DNA of 64,000 nt from Octopus vulgaris (lineage: Eukaryota), in assembly GCA_951406725.2 (NCBI GenBank), contig OX597823.1:62434001-62498000 (forward strand), given 5' to 3'. Under the pieces are notes generated by a model. That model was not told the origin of the DNA. It ran no database searches and was given only the letters and a program-made list of their open reading frames with translations. The translations under genes and the position numbers were made by a program. This document shows, piece by piece, positions 24,555 to 38,338 of the stretch (within the stretch, counting starts at the first letter, position 1; each line of letters starts with the position of its first letter).

Positions 24555-26900
24555 TTAACGGTGTCGGCAAAAGCAGGATTCTTGCTTCCCCTTTTTTTTT
24601 GCCCTGGACAGAAAGCCTTCAGATGGTTTGTGCCACCACTCAAGTAACATTTCAAATTTCTGTCCTAAACGGCCATTACAGTAGTGAGCTGTCTGCAGAT
24701 CCATTAAGTCCGATTGATTCCATCCATGAGCATTTACACTGCTTATTCTAATTATGGTCATGTTCGATAGAAGGAGGGCGTATTCATGTGGAGGAACAAG
24801 TGTTCCGCCCCTCCGCTGGTTATGGGTGTTCTTTAGACACTCTTTTGTTTATATTGTCTCTGAAATCTATTCTATAGGGGGCATTTATTTTTTTTAATGC
24901 ATGTGTATTGCGACATTTAAGTGATTTTCATGTTTGGCTGTTAATGTAATGCATTTAATGTCTGAGATATTTGTATGTGATCCATCAGATATTTTTATTG
25001 TTTGTGTTTATGGTTGCGTGGTGAATTTCCTTTTTGTTCAGATTGGAGAATGTGTTCTGACTGTTGAAGTGTGAGTGAATTTGGTTGATTGTACCCGTGA
25101 CCATAGTGTCTGTGATAGCGGCGGCGGCGGCGGTGGGTGTGGTAGTGGTGATGGTGGTGGTGGTGGTGGTGACAGGATTATGATCTTGTTAGTGCTAGTG
25201 AAACAGCTGCTGGGTGGTAGTGAATCGTTGCTCAAAGCCACCTCCCCCATTCGTTCGTATCTTCCAGCTTTTGTGGAGGTAGTTTTTCTGGGTTGGGGTA
25301 CTTCTGTTTGCCATATAGGGTCCTGACCGCCACCTTCTTCATACATCATATCTACGTGATGTGAGTCGAGGTATGTCTTGAGGAGGTTTGTGATGCATCT
25401 GCTTGGAATCGAGTTGCACACGCCCCTCCCAATCCGTCAAAGACTGAACTGTAGCTTTACTGTCACGCTGCGCCTCTGCCGTGCGAACCCATTGAGCTGC
25501 ATTTGTTCCCTCCTGCCTCATAGTACGAGTCGTAGCTCTGCAAGTGCATCGATAGTGCTTAGCGTTGAAGAATCGGTCAAGGACCAATCTCGCCGCCAGC
25601 ACATCATCTGCAATGCCTTTCCTAGACACCTCTTCTAAGTTATTAATTCTGCCTTAAGTAAAAAAAAATCACTATAACCATTTTCTTACTAAATCTTATC
25701 GATTCTAAACTAATAGTCCTTTTCAGGGCTAACCACAATCAGTTGTTGACGATTGCTTTTGTAAACTCTCTCTTAACTAGTTCTCTAATCTGGATTTTGT
25801 AAACTTGGTGCGCAACGAAAGAAACGTTCAGTTTCCAGTAACTGAATCCTTGTTTACATGCAACATATCCGGGACAATTATAAATCACAAAACCGGAAGA
25901 TACGAACAAATGGGGGAGGTGGCTTCAAGCAACGATTCACTAACACCACCACCCAGCAGCTGTTTCCCTAGCATTAACAAGAGCATCATCCTGTCACCAC
26001 CACCACCACCACCACCGCTATCACAGACACCACGATCACAAATACAAGCACAACCTTCAATAGTGGACAACCTATGCTATCTCCATCTACTGACCTACAG
26101 AATAATATTTTTTGAAACGATCAGTATGACCTGATGCTGTTTGGCCCTGTACACATTGACACACTTGGATAATATTGTCGGTACCTCGCAGTCAGTTGGA
26201 AACGACTGAGTAAGTTTTCGAAGCTATTTGCTAACCATACACAATCTGGAATTGCGTAGATTGTGGTGTCTTGATTGCCTTCTAGTACTAAACTACGATG
26301 CATTCTGGTCGCCTGAAGAAATCCTGTCGTCCCGCCCCAGTCGGGTCATAAAGAGCGACTAATCTAAAGGCACAATCTTAGATAATGTCCACGTCAAGGA
26401 ATGCCAACTTACCGTTCTGATCCAGGAAGATCGACCGTATATTGAGACCCAGGCCTTTCCAAAACAGCACCACAACCCCGCCCAGCATTCCAGGCCAAGT
26501 AAGAGATGTGAAGATCTCAGTAGCCCAAAATAGGTGCTAAGGCACGTCTGTCGTGAACCCTAGATTCGACGATAGTTATCACATTCAAGCCTAATGACCT
26601 GAAGTCATTGAGCAGACGACTCTGCTTCCAGAGAGACCTCCAGGCCATTTGCACCACTCTCCGAGATACTATGTTGGTAGAAAAGAAAGAAGAAAGGTAA
26701 CAGATTATTGACTCATTTCGTGGTCCCGGAAACCAAGTGACTCAGTCTCCATGAAATTCTGAGAGTCCTTCCGGAAGTCCTTTAAGGGTCTACTGCTGTC
26801 CCTTGCACTGGAGACTCCCACATCACTGGGAAAATCGTCTTTCAATATTTAGTATGTCTCAAAGTCCAGCCGCATTAATTTCAAAATTTTTGACTCTCTG
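24555..26900. mobile_element. Rearranged L1/Tx1 fragments
   Basis: MTIIRISSVNAHG endonuclease start (24761, minus); ORF2 linker AAQWVRTAEAQRDSKATVQSL (25339-25629, minus); endonuclease AFRLVALYDPTGAGRQDFFRR (about 26300-26660, minus). Confidence 0.75.
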
Positions 26901-27388
26901 AAACTGCCGGGCCTGTATATCTCCCTCTGTTTTCAACGTTTTCCTTTTGTACAATAAAGGATATCAGTTTTTATTCGTGCTCCAGCAAAAATAATTATTA
27001 TTGTTTCAAATTTTGGCACAAGGCCAGCAATTTCAGAGTAGCGACATAAGCCGGTGAAATCGACCACAGTACTCAATTGGTGTGTATTCAATCGACCCCG
27101 AAAGGAAGAAATGCATTTGAACTCAGAACGTAAAGGCGAACGAAATGCCGCTAAGTATTTTGCCCAGCGTGCCTGAAATTTTGAGGGGAGGGTTTAAGTC
27201 GATAAGATCGATCCCAGTACTCAAATGGTACTTAATTCATCGATCCCGAAAGGATGAAAAGCAAAGTCGACCTCAGTGAAATCAGAACATAGCGACGTCG
27301 AGGTACCGCTAAGCATTTTGCCCGGCTGCTAATGATTCTACTAGCTCGCTATCCTCTTACTAATACTAATAATAGTAATAATAATAAT

Positions 27389-27502
27389 CGGCAGAGGTAA
27401 AGAATACGCACACCACATGTTTTCGGCGTAGCCCTAACCTTAACACTAACCGTAACCCTAAACGCCGAAAACGGGTGGCTTGCGTATTCTTTACCTTCGC
27501 TT
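27389..27502. repeat. Palindromic mini-element with a telomere-like loop
   Basis: 35-bp arms AGGTAAAGAATACGCA..GTTTTCGGCGT around degenerate (CCCTAA)5. Confidence 0.85.
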
Positions 27503-28099
27503 GATAATCCTTTTTACTATAGACACAGGATCTGAAATTTTGTAGGAAGAACTCGTCAATAACATCGACCCCAGTACTTGACTGGTACTTTATTTTATCA
27601 ATCTTAGATTGATAAAAGAAAAATTTGACCTCAGCATGATTTGAACACAGCAATATTATTCATTTCTAGTTTAGTCATTTTGTTTCTAGTTTAGTAATTT
27701 TAGTTTCTAGTAATTTTGAAAATAGGGAGTTAGTCAATACCAGTGATACTTGACTAGTACTCTATTTTATCACCACCCGAAAGGATTAAAGGCAAAGTTG
27801 ACTGCAGAAGGATCAACACTTTGCTTTTGATCCTTTCGGTATCAATAACAGCTTTTTCAGCAACTAAGAATAAGAAAAATGTAATTAAAAGATATTAATA
27901 ATAATGATTGACTTACCAGGAATATGCTTGCAGGACCTCATCTTTATATATATATATATATATATGTACATATATTCGATTACATATATTCGTATTTTAA
28001 TGATATTCCATTGTAGATGAGTTATTGCCGACCGTTCTGTACCAGCGTTCGAGCTCAAACATTCAAACGAAACGATCCTATGATGTAAACATAAGCTCA

Positions 28100-28578
28100 T
28101 ATATTTCGTACTGTTATTTTTTGCTCTCTTTCTTTCCCTCTCTCTTTCTCTTTGCTTCTCTCTCTTTCCTTCCCTCTCTTTATCTTACTGTCTATCTATA
28201 TGACTCTCGCACTTTTTACCACTCTGTCTATTTTTTCTACATCGCTTTGACTCTTTTCGTTATTATCTCTCCCTCTCCCTCGCTCTCTCTTCCTCTCTTA
28301 CTTTCCCTCTCCCTCGCCCTCGCCCTCTCTTCCTCACTTACTTTCCCTCTCCCTCCTCTCTCTCCTACGTATCCATCAATCTCTTATAATTCCCTTCTTA
28401 TCTATTTTTATTTTTTTCTGTATCGTTATTTCTTCTCTTCCTCTTTCTCCACATCTCTTACTATCTCTCATTTTCTCACTCTCCCTCTCTCTTATTCTTT
28501 CTCGCTCACTCTCGTTCACTCCCTCTTCTTTCTTTCCTTCTCTCTTCCTCTCCCCTTCTCTCTCCCCATTTCTCATCC

Positions 28579-28615
<37 letters not shown>

Positions 28616-28661
28616 CTCGTCTCGCGCTATCTCTCATTCCCTCTGTCTCGTGCACTCTCGC

Positions 28662-28712
<51 letters not shown>

Positions 28713-28820
28713 CTCTCTCTCTCTCTCATACACACACACACACACTCTTTCTCTCTCTCTCACACACACACACTCTTTCTCTCTCTCTCTCTCTCTTTCT
28801 CTTTCTTCTAACTTTTCCAT
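28100..28820. repeat. Polypyrimidine (CT)n/(CA)n low-complexity tract
   Basis: Direct inspection. Confidence 0.95.
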
Positions 28821-29695
28821 TTTAACATTGTTCTTTCCCCTTTCGAAACTATGTGTATGTTGACAATTTGTTGTTTAGCCCTTTTTCAGCCCTGACGGCT
28901 GAGCAGACCTCAGATGAGAGGCGTTCCAGCCAGCCACTCACGACCATTCCGTCATTTTCTCAAACATTTCATATCTACAGCCACCTCATCCAATGTGTCC
29001 ATCTTTTTCTCAACGCAACAAGATGTCATTTTAGGGTGATTAGGCTGCTACAAAGCAAGGTGAACAACCACATCTAAACTCATTCTTTGGATCTCTCCCT
29101 AAATATTAATTTCTCTTAAGGCGGTGAGCTGACAAAACCTTTAGCATGCCGAGCAAAATGCATAACGGCATTTCATCCGTCTTAACGTTCTTTGTTCAAA
29201 TTTTGCTGAGGTCGACTTTACCCTTCATCCTTTCGAGGTCGATAAAATAAGTAACAGCTGAACATTAGGGCCTATGTAATCAACATCATTGCCATACCTC
29301 TGTAGGAATTACGAAGTACCTTCTTCGTAATTCCACTAGTTTGGAAATACACCAATAAACTATAGTGGAAATCGGTGGCATGTGATATCAGCTAGCACCG
29401 TGTAACAGCAGGGATTTGATAAGGACCAGCAACTTTATCGTGTTTTGAAGGACCTCGTTATCTTCATGATTTATTTCTCTGGTTTTGTATCTGATGGCTT
29501 GATCAGCGGTAGCTGCTTGTCAGTTTTTTGGTACACGATTTTTTTTTAGTTTTTCTTTTTTTTTTACGCCTGTTTTCAGTTATACATTGATATTAATTCG
29601 ATGTCAACAAATTCATAAGTTTGATCATAACTTGTTTGTTAGTTCTTTTTCCGAGTATCATGTTTCGATTCCATAAGGAACTTTTTGAAAGTTAT

Positions 29696-29734
<39 letters not shown>

Positions 29735-29780
29735 CATACATACATACATACATACATACATACATACATACATACATACA

Positions 29781-29849
<69 letters not shown>

Positions 29850-29851
<2 letters not shown>

Positions 29852-30147
29852 AGGCGCAATGGCCCAGTGGTTAGGGCAGCGGACTCGCGGTTTCGATTCC
29901 CAGACCGGATGTTGTGAGTGTTTATTGAGCGAAAACACCTATAAGCTCCACGAGGCTCCGGCAGGTGGTGGTGGCGGTCCCTGCTGTACTCTTTCGCCAC
30001 AGCTTTCTCTCACTCTTTCTTCTGTTGGCCTGCTCGCTTAGCCAGCGGGGTGACGTCATTTGAAGGCTAAAACAATGCGAAGCGCATTGTGACCAGCGAT
30101 GCGTAGCAACATCTGATAGTCTGGTCGGTCACGGTTATCACGGTGAT
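29850..30147 (+). mobile_element. SINE family C
   Basis: tRNA-like head; tail TGTTGGCCTGCTCGCTTAGCC...GGTCACGG. Confidence 0.88.
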
Positions 30148-30193
30148 ATATATATATATATAATTAGATAAAGATAGTAATGGCGCGTCTAAG

Positions 30194-30252
30194 GGATTAT
30201 CCTGGTTTTCACGTCTATAAAGTGCTTAGCTTTACAGCGTGTCTTCAGAGCC
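30194..30252 (-). ncRNA. Degenerate type I hammerhead motif
   Basis: Reverse complement: GGCT-CTGAAGA-C-ACGCTGTAAAG..CTTTATAGACGT-GAAAACCAGGATA-ATCC. Confidence 0.5.
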
Positions 30253-30553
30253 TAATGTGTGGGGGGGGGGGTTGAGTGTGTGTATACGATGGGTTTACAC
30301 ACAGTTTCCATCTACCGAATTTACTTACACTCCACTGGTTGGCCTACTGCTATAGTAGAGGACACATGTCCTAGGTACCACACAGCGGTACTGAACCCGA
30401 AACCTCGTGGTTGCAAAGCAAGCTTCTCAAAAATTAAAAGTCATGCCTGCACCCATATGCGAGAAATGCTTAGTTACTATTCGAACATATCGAGCTAGCA
30501 TTCATACAATTGTCTTTAACGTAGATGTAAAACAAGTTGTTTACTATACGTTA

Positions 30554-30954
30554 CTAGCAGTATAGCCCGGCGGTGCTCGGGTTTGTTTTCATTTTGACCC
30601 TTCAGAATTGGAATTTTTGAAAAGTAAAAATTTTGCATTATGTAGCTTGTTATTCTCTTTAAGGGAATATTTTTCTGGTTGAAATACACCGAAAAATGGC
30701 GACACAGCAGTCAAAAAATCGTAAAAAATAGGGATTTTCATAGAAAAAAAAGCACCTTTTTGATGTAAATAATATTTGGTGTTAACATGGTCCGATTTGA
30801 AGTTTATCTTCTACGGAATGAAGAGCAAGCCTTATTCTATCATACTCTCAATTTTGATCAACTTGCGCCGCAGGGTCTCAGAGGAGATAGTGTTAGTTGA
30901 AGGCTACCAAACCTGCCACACACACACAGACAACTTCAGCTTTATATATATAGA
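30554..30954 (-). mobile_element. Non-autonomous Helitron
   Basis: On the minus strand A|TC...hairpin CCCGAGCACCGCCGGG..CTAG|T. Confidence 0.88.
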
Positions 30955-31219
30955 TTTGGATGAAAGATAGAGAAAGACAAAACTCGTGATGTCTCTGCTC
31001 GTGATGACCATGTAGTGTCGATTCCTACGTGTGGTGCAGAGAGAAACCAGAAAGATATTGCAAGCATGACACTCTTAAACCATCGCTACCAAAGTCATAA
31101 TTTACAATTTGCAATTTTTAATTACGTTGTTACAACTCCCGCTCGCAACAATTCATGTCGTTTCCTCTACGACTACAGCTGCTGCTTCATTAATTTTATT
31201 TAATCGCATTGGGAAGAGC

Positions 31220-31244
31220 AGCACAGACACACACACATACATTC

Positions 31245-31281
<37 letters not shown>

Positions 31282-31700
31282 TGTGAGTGTGTGTGTGTAC
31301 ACACATACACATATACAGCTGTATATATATGTATATATATACATATATATGTGTGTGTGTGCGTGTGTACACACATACACATATACAGCTGTATATATAT
31401 ATACGTATATATATGTGTGTGTGTGTGTGTGTGTGCGTGTGCCTGTATTTGACTGTAAATGTATGTATATACATATATATATATACATATATATATATGT
31501 ATATATGTCTGTATATATGTATATATATATGTATATATATGTATATATATTATATACATGTATATATATATGTATATATATCTATATATATGTATATATA
31601 TATATATGTATATATATCTATATATATGTATATATATACATGCATTTTTATATGTGCGTATATATATGTATATATAGACATGTGTGTGTGTGTGTGCATG
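31220..31700. repeat. (TA)/(TG) compound microsatellite
   Basis: Direct inspection; similar (TACA)/(TA) tract at 34350-34900. Confidence 0.95.
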
Positions 31701-31970
31701 TTCCTGCTTCTCTGTCTATGTTGGTGTGTGTGTTGAGCTAATGGCTGCAGTAGTTAATTAAAAACGTGATGGCTTTCGTTCTCTTACTACTAATTCAAAT
31801 CCATTCACGAACGAGTGACAGTCTGTGGGTTCTCCTGCCCCTCGTCCCAGGTGTCTGGCAAACAAATCGTTTGCACGTTGCATATGGAAGTTTAGGTCAA
31901 GCACAGAACAAAAAAAAATGTCGATACTTCAACATTTGATTGTTTCTCTACACTGAAACAACGAATATAT

Positions 31971-32010
<40 letters not shown>

Positions 32011-32868
32011 GCACACTATGCAAGGGTCGCTAGAGTGATGACGGAATGTCGTCCATTATATATTTTTTTCCGGCACTCATCGATCTAAGATGAAAATAAA
32101 AATTTTAAAAAACGCTGAGGTCAACTTTGTCCCCTTTCATCTTTTCAGGATTCATTGAAAAAAAGAGAGTCAAGACTATTGAAAAGGTTGCAAGACGCAA
32201 CGAAAATTTTAGGAAAATAAGAATAAGAAATAAGTGGAAATTTTACCGGTGGGTGTGGAACATTATAAAGCACAAAAAAATGACTCTCCCCAGACACAAT
32301 TGAAAAAAAGAATATCAGTCTTGGATGTTAGATTGGTGGAACTTTTAGAAGGTCGGTTGAGGTTTCTTGCAGTACCTGTACTGACTCGGCGTGTTCTGAT
32401 AGTCATCTTCTGCGACGACATTAATGTAGCGATAGTACCCCAATAGCTTTTCCCTTTTAATTAAGACATCAGTGACATTAGGAAGGGAGACTTGTAGGCG
32501 TGGTCAACTGCTAGCCTTCCACAAAAAACCTTCTCCAAACCTCCACATTCATGTACAAATACATGCTTGTCATTAACTGGCGAAGGCCCTACACCTAAGC
32601 ATCATCATACATATTTACGTTGATTTATACAAAATGCTTAGTGGCATTTCTTCCGGTTCATTGCATTCTGCGTTCAGATGCCATCGACGTTGACTTTGCC
32701 TTTCATCCTTTCCAGAGAGAGGATCGATAAAATAAGTACCCAATTGAGTTCTGGGGTTGATGTAATCTATTTACCCATCTCCTCAAAATTGCTGGCCTTG
32801 TGTCGAAATTAGAAAGACTATTTAACTAGGTTTGAGCACTTAAAATTGTTCTAATACTTGAACATGTA

Positions 32869-33223
32869 TAGGGTGGTCCGAAAGTCTTGTCACCCCCTAC
32901 TGAAAAGTACTAATAGAGGAAAAATATAATAATATCAAACACATGTACTGGTTTTAGTATATTCACTTTTATTGACACTGTCACACATCAAGAAGGTCTG
33001 TATGAATACCCTCATTTTCGTGGCACAAAATGATGCGACGCCATGTCGTGTGTGATATTTTACAAAGCTGTTGGCGTTCAAACAAACCTCGATGTCTGAC
33101 AGTGTTAGAGTCAATGAAAGTGAATATACTAAAACCAGTACGTGTGTCTGATATTACTATATTGTTTGTCTATTGTTCTTAGTACTTTTCGGTAGGAAGT
33201 GACAAGACTTTCGGAGCACCCAG
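32869..33223. mobile_element. Tc1/mariner MITE
   Basis: About 120-bp TIRs (GGGTGGTCCGAAAGTCTTGTCAC), TA TSDs; internal minus-strand transposase C-terminal scrap TWRRIILCHENEGIH. Confidence 0.88.
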
Positions 33224-34700
33224 TACAATGCACAGTGTACATAACCCTTTTTATTTATTTATTTACCTTTGTGTCAAGACCTCCCAGTGTAATGGTCGGA
33301 AGGAAACAAGTTATCCTCAAACAGGAGGTTTGGACCGAATGCTAGCAGCAGAGTGAATTCTCTTAAAGGTAACGAAAGACTGGATGGGAGGGGACGCTTA
33401 AACAAGAGGGCTGAATAAGTCTTCCGTCCTTCAACTCAGAATGCAAAGGACCGAAAGAAATACTACAATATACCATTTTTTCTTTGATGCTTAACAATCC
33501 TACAAATCCACCAGTCTGGTTGCTTGACCCTAAAAGGATGAACGGTAAAGTTGACAGTGGGGAGATTTGAACTTAAAATGCAAGAAGCACTTTTTTTGCT
33601 TTCTGCCAAAATGCACAAGGTCTGAAATTTTATTTGGGTGGGAGGAGTGGGGGTAGTCAACTACATCGACTCCAGGGCTTAATAATAATAATAATAGTTT
33701 CAAATTTTACCACAAGGGCAGCAATTTCGGGGAAGGGGATGAGTCAATTACATTGACTCCAGTGTTCAACAGGTACTTATCATATCGACCCCGAAAGGAT
33801 GAAAGGCAAAGTCGACCTCGGCGACATTTGAACCAAGAACGCAAAACAAAGAAGTGCCGCTAAGCACTTTGCCCGTCGTACTAACGATTCAGCCAGCTTG
33901 CCACCTTTCGCCACCTAATATCTTAGCTATTTTGCTACTGCACTTACGATAGTTAGATCACCCATATTTAGATCATATTTATGCACAAACACATATACAC
34001 AAGCTCTCTCACACACACACACACACTTTCTTTACATATTCAGACATTAAGGCAGCACCAAGTGCACAGATCTAGGTAAACATGTATGACAATTCTTCGG
34101 TGTAGGTAAGCAATTAAAATTGAATGTTGAAGTAAATTGTCGTCTCATTTTCTCCTTTGTATATGACCTCAGACTTCGTACCACAACATGCACACATTAC
34201 TTTTGCCAGACATCTGGGTTGAGGGGGAGGAAACCGCAGCCTGTCACCCGTCGTTCAACGGGCTTAAGTTAGCAACAAGAGAGTAGGTGACATCACGTTT
34301 TCAATTAATTGCAGCCGTCGCCTCAACATATCTCCATATATAAACAGACAGACACACACAAATATATACATACGTACATATATATATACATACATATATA
34401 TATATACATACATACATATATACATATATATACATACATATATACATATATATACATACATATATACATATATATACATACATACATACATATATATACA
34501 TACATACATACATATATATACATACATACATACATATATATACATACATACATATATATATACATACATACATATATATACATACATACATATATATACA
34601 TACATACATATATATACATACATACATATATATACATACATACATATATATACATACATACATACATATACATACATATACATACATACATACATACATA

Positions 34701-34732
<32 letters not shown>

Positions 34733-35173
34733 CATACATATATATATATACACGCATACATACATATATATATACGCATACATACATATATATATACGCA
34801 TACATACATATATACGCATACATACATATATACGCATACATACATATATACGCATACATACATATATATATATACATGTACACACACGCATGCATATGCG
34901 CATGTAAACTAATGATAGAAAAGAAAAGTACTAAACACCTATTGCGTAAGTTAACTGTATGTATTAACAGGTTGACTTAAACCCACATTACTAGTTTCTT
35001 AGACGCAACCAATGAGCCAGACGTCACTACATCACGTCTAGCTGATTGGATGTTTTAGGGTGCCGCGCGCGCGCGCGTGCGTGTGCGTGTGCGTGTGTGT
35101 GTTTGGAGTGGTGATGGTGGTTGTACGAACTTCCACACAGTTTCTGTTTACCAAACTACATACATAAAGTATT

Positions 35174-35408
35174 TGTTACTTTACTACCCACAAGGGGCTA
35201 AACATAGAGGGGACAAACAAGGACAGACAAAGGGATTAAGTCGATTACATCGACCCCCAGTGCGTAACTGGTACTTAATTTATCGACCCGGAAAGGATGT
35301 AAGGCAAAGTAGACCTCGGCGGAATTTGAACTCGGAACGTAATGGCAGACGAAATACGGCTACGCATTTCACCCGGCGTGCTAGCGGTTCTGGCAGCTCG
35401 CCGCCTTA
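35174..35408 (-). mobile_element. SINE B with 22-bp TSD
   Basis: CAAACTACATACATAAAGTATT at 35152-35173 and 35409-35430. Confidence 0.92.
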
Positions 35409-35448
35409 CAAACTACATACATAAAGTATTGTCCAAACTGAAACGCTC

Positions 35449-35526
35449 GAAACTACAGTACGAGAGCACGCAATGAAACTACAGTGCAAGAGCACGCATT
35501 GAAACTACAGTACAAGAGCACGCAAT
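35449..35526. repeat. 26-bp tandem repeat x3
   Basis: GAAACTACAGTACGAGAGCACGCAAT units. Confidence 0.9.
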
Positions 35527-35936
35527 GAAACCGAACTTGGAAGCACGTGATTACAAAGCGTATTTCTAAAGCACGTAACCATCATGCTTTCATAAACAAT
35601 TACGTTTTCTTCTTACAAGTTACGATGATCCTGTCATCTTATGCTAATATCGGACTGTCTTTTGCTAGATAACGAGTCCGTTGTTAGATTTTTCTATGTA
35701 TTCAGAATCAGTAGTTGACCAATTCTATAGATGATCCGTTGATATGATAACTAGAAGTTTACATTCTCAAATCTATCCCCAATTAATAAGGGTTTTCTTT
35801 TTCGCAGACACACAATTCTTCTGTAACTTTAGTAGAAGAGAAAGAGAGCAATCTGTCTCTCATGCCTTTCGGAATTATGTTTTAATCGAAATAAGTTTTC
35901 CAGTAACGAAATCATTTGCTATATTGATATAGAATA

Positions 35937-37314
35937 AGGCGGTGAGCTGGCAGAAACGTTAGCACGCCGGGCGAAATGTTTAGCGGTATTTCGTCTGCCG
36001 CTACGTTCTGAGGTCAAATTCCGCCGAAGTCGACTTTGCCTTTCATCCTTTCGGTGTCGATTAAATAAGTACCAGTTACGCACTGGGGTCGATATAATCG
36101 ACTTAATCCGTTTGTTTGTCCTTGTTTGTCCTGTCTGTGTTTAGCCCCTTGTGGGTAGTAAAGAAATAGGTATTTCACCCATTGCGACGTTCCAAGTTCT
36201 TGTTTGTATCCTCTGTGTGTTGCCCCTTGTGGGCAGTAAAGAAATAAGAATCGTTTACTCGACGGACAAAATGCTTAACATTTCCTCCGTCATTACGTTC
36301 TGAGTTCACATTCCACCGAGGTCGACCTTGCTTCTCATCCTTTTGGGATCGATAAAATCAGACCAGTTGAGTACCGGAGGTCGATGTAACCGAATTACCC
36401 CAACCCCACCAAAATTTGCTTGCCTTGTGCCAAAATTTGAAACCAATATTAATAGGCGTAGGAGTGGCTGTGTGGTAAGTAGCTTGCTTACGAACCACAT
36501 GGTTAGGGGTTCAGTCCCACTGCGTGTAACCTTGGGCAAGTGTCTTCTACTATAGCCTCGGGCCGACAAAAGCCTTGTGAGTGGATTTGGTAGAGGGAAA
36601 CTGAAAGAAGCCCGTTGTATATATATGTATATATATATACATACATATGTGTGTGTGTGTGTGTGTGTACGTGTGTGTGTTTGTGTGTCTGTATTTGCCC
36701 CCCAACATCTTGACAACCGATGCTGGTGTGTTTACGTCCCTGTAACTTAGCGGTTCGGTAAAACAGACCGATAGAATAAGTACTGAGCTTACAAAGAATA
36801 AGTCCTGGGGTCGATTTGCTCGACTAAAAGACGGTGCTCCAGCATGGCCACAGTCAAATAACTGAAACAAGTAAAAGAGTAAAAAAAGCACAAGGTGGGA
36901 AGCTGACAGAATTGTTAGCGCGCCGGACAAACTGCTTTGCGGCATTTCGTCTGTTTTTACGTTTTGAGGTCGACCTTGCTTTTTATCCTTTCGGTATCGA
37001 TAAAAAAAAGTACTACGGTTAAGCACTGACTTCGATGCAATCGACTCGCCCCCTTCTTCGAACTTGCTGACCCTGTGCCAAAGTTTCGAAGATACATACA
37101 CTTTTACACTTTTACTTGTTTCAGTCATTTGACTGCGGCCATGCTGGAGCACCGCCTTTTAGTCAAATGAAATCAGGACTTATTCTTTGAAAGCCTAGTA
37201 CTTATTCTATCGTTCTTTTGCCGAACCGCTAAGTTACGGGGACCTAAACACACCAGCATCGGTTGTCAAGCGATGTTGGGGGGGACAAACACAGATACAC
37301 AACATATACACACG

Positions 37315-37360
<46 letters not shown>

Positions 37361-37570
37361 GGAAATGAAGAAAATGCTGACAAAATAATTTAAGTAATTT
37401 AAGTAATTTAATTAGGTGAAGTTCTTTTTACCGGTTGCGCATTTGTTATGCTTATCAAAAGTTTTTTCCTAGAAGAAAAAACTTTATTTTGTCAGCATTT
37501 TATTATTTTGTCAGCATTTTCTTCATTTCCTTTTTTATATATCACAACTCGTGTTCCACATCTCCTTTTT

Positions 37571-37609
<39 letters not shown>

Positions 37610-38293
37610 GGCGGGCTTCTTTCAGTTTCCGTCTACCAAATCCACTCACAAGACATTGGTCGGCCCTAAGCTATAGCAGAAGACACTTGCCCAAGGTGCC
37701 ACGCAGTGGGACTGAACTCGGAACCATGTGGTTGGTAAGTTGGTAAGCAAGCTACTTACTACATACCCACTCCTGCGCCTATTTGTTACATGGTAACAAA
37801 TTCATAGTATTCACTTGAATTGACGTCCTAGTATACAGATTCAGATTAATTTTATACATCCCATCCCTCAGAGTTAAAAGATAATTTTTTATATGATTGT
37901 GTTGCGGATATATATATGATTTTAGCGAAGCGGAAGTAAGTAATGTATTCACGAGATGCAACTTCCAACTACCAACACGCGAGACTCCAAACGCCTTCTA
38001 CCTTGCTCACGAGATGCGTTACTCGTTTTAAGAGTTCGATGAGTCTACTTTTTAATCCCATAAAGGTATTATGTCTATCATCACAACAGAACTTGATCAG
38101 TCATTTGACTCTGGCCATGCTGGAGCACCGCCTTTAGTCGAGCAAATCGACCTCGGGACTTATTCTTTGTAAGCCCAGTACTTATTCTATCGGTCTCTTT
38201 TGCCGAACCGCTAAGTTATGGGGACGTAAACACACCAGCATCGGTTGTCAAGCGATGTTGGGGAGACAAACACAGACACACAAACATACACAC

Positions 38294-38338
<45 letters not shown>

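Noticed and set aside
31810-31900. HDV-like ribozyme candidate (CCTGCCCCTCGTCCCAGG..GCAAAC/GTTTGC)
   Set aside because: The L3 length is wrong and I could not build P1 and P2 pairings.
35449-35526. Short direct repeats as a possible CRISPR array
   Set aside because: The units are contiguous with no unique spacers, the context is eukaryotic, and there are no cas genes.
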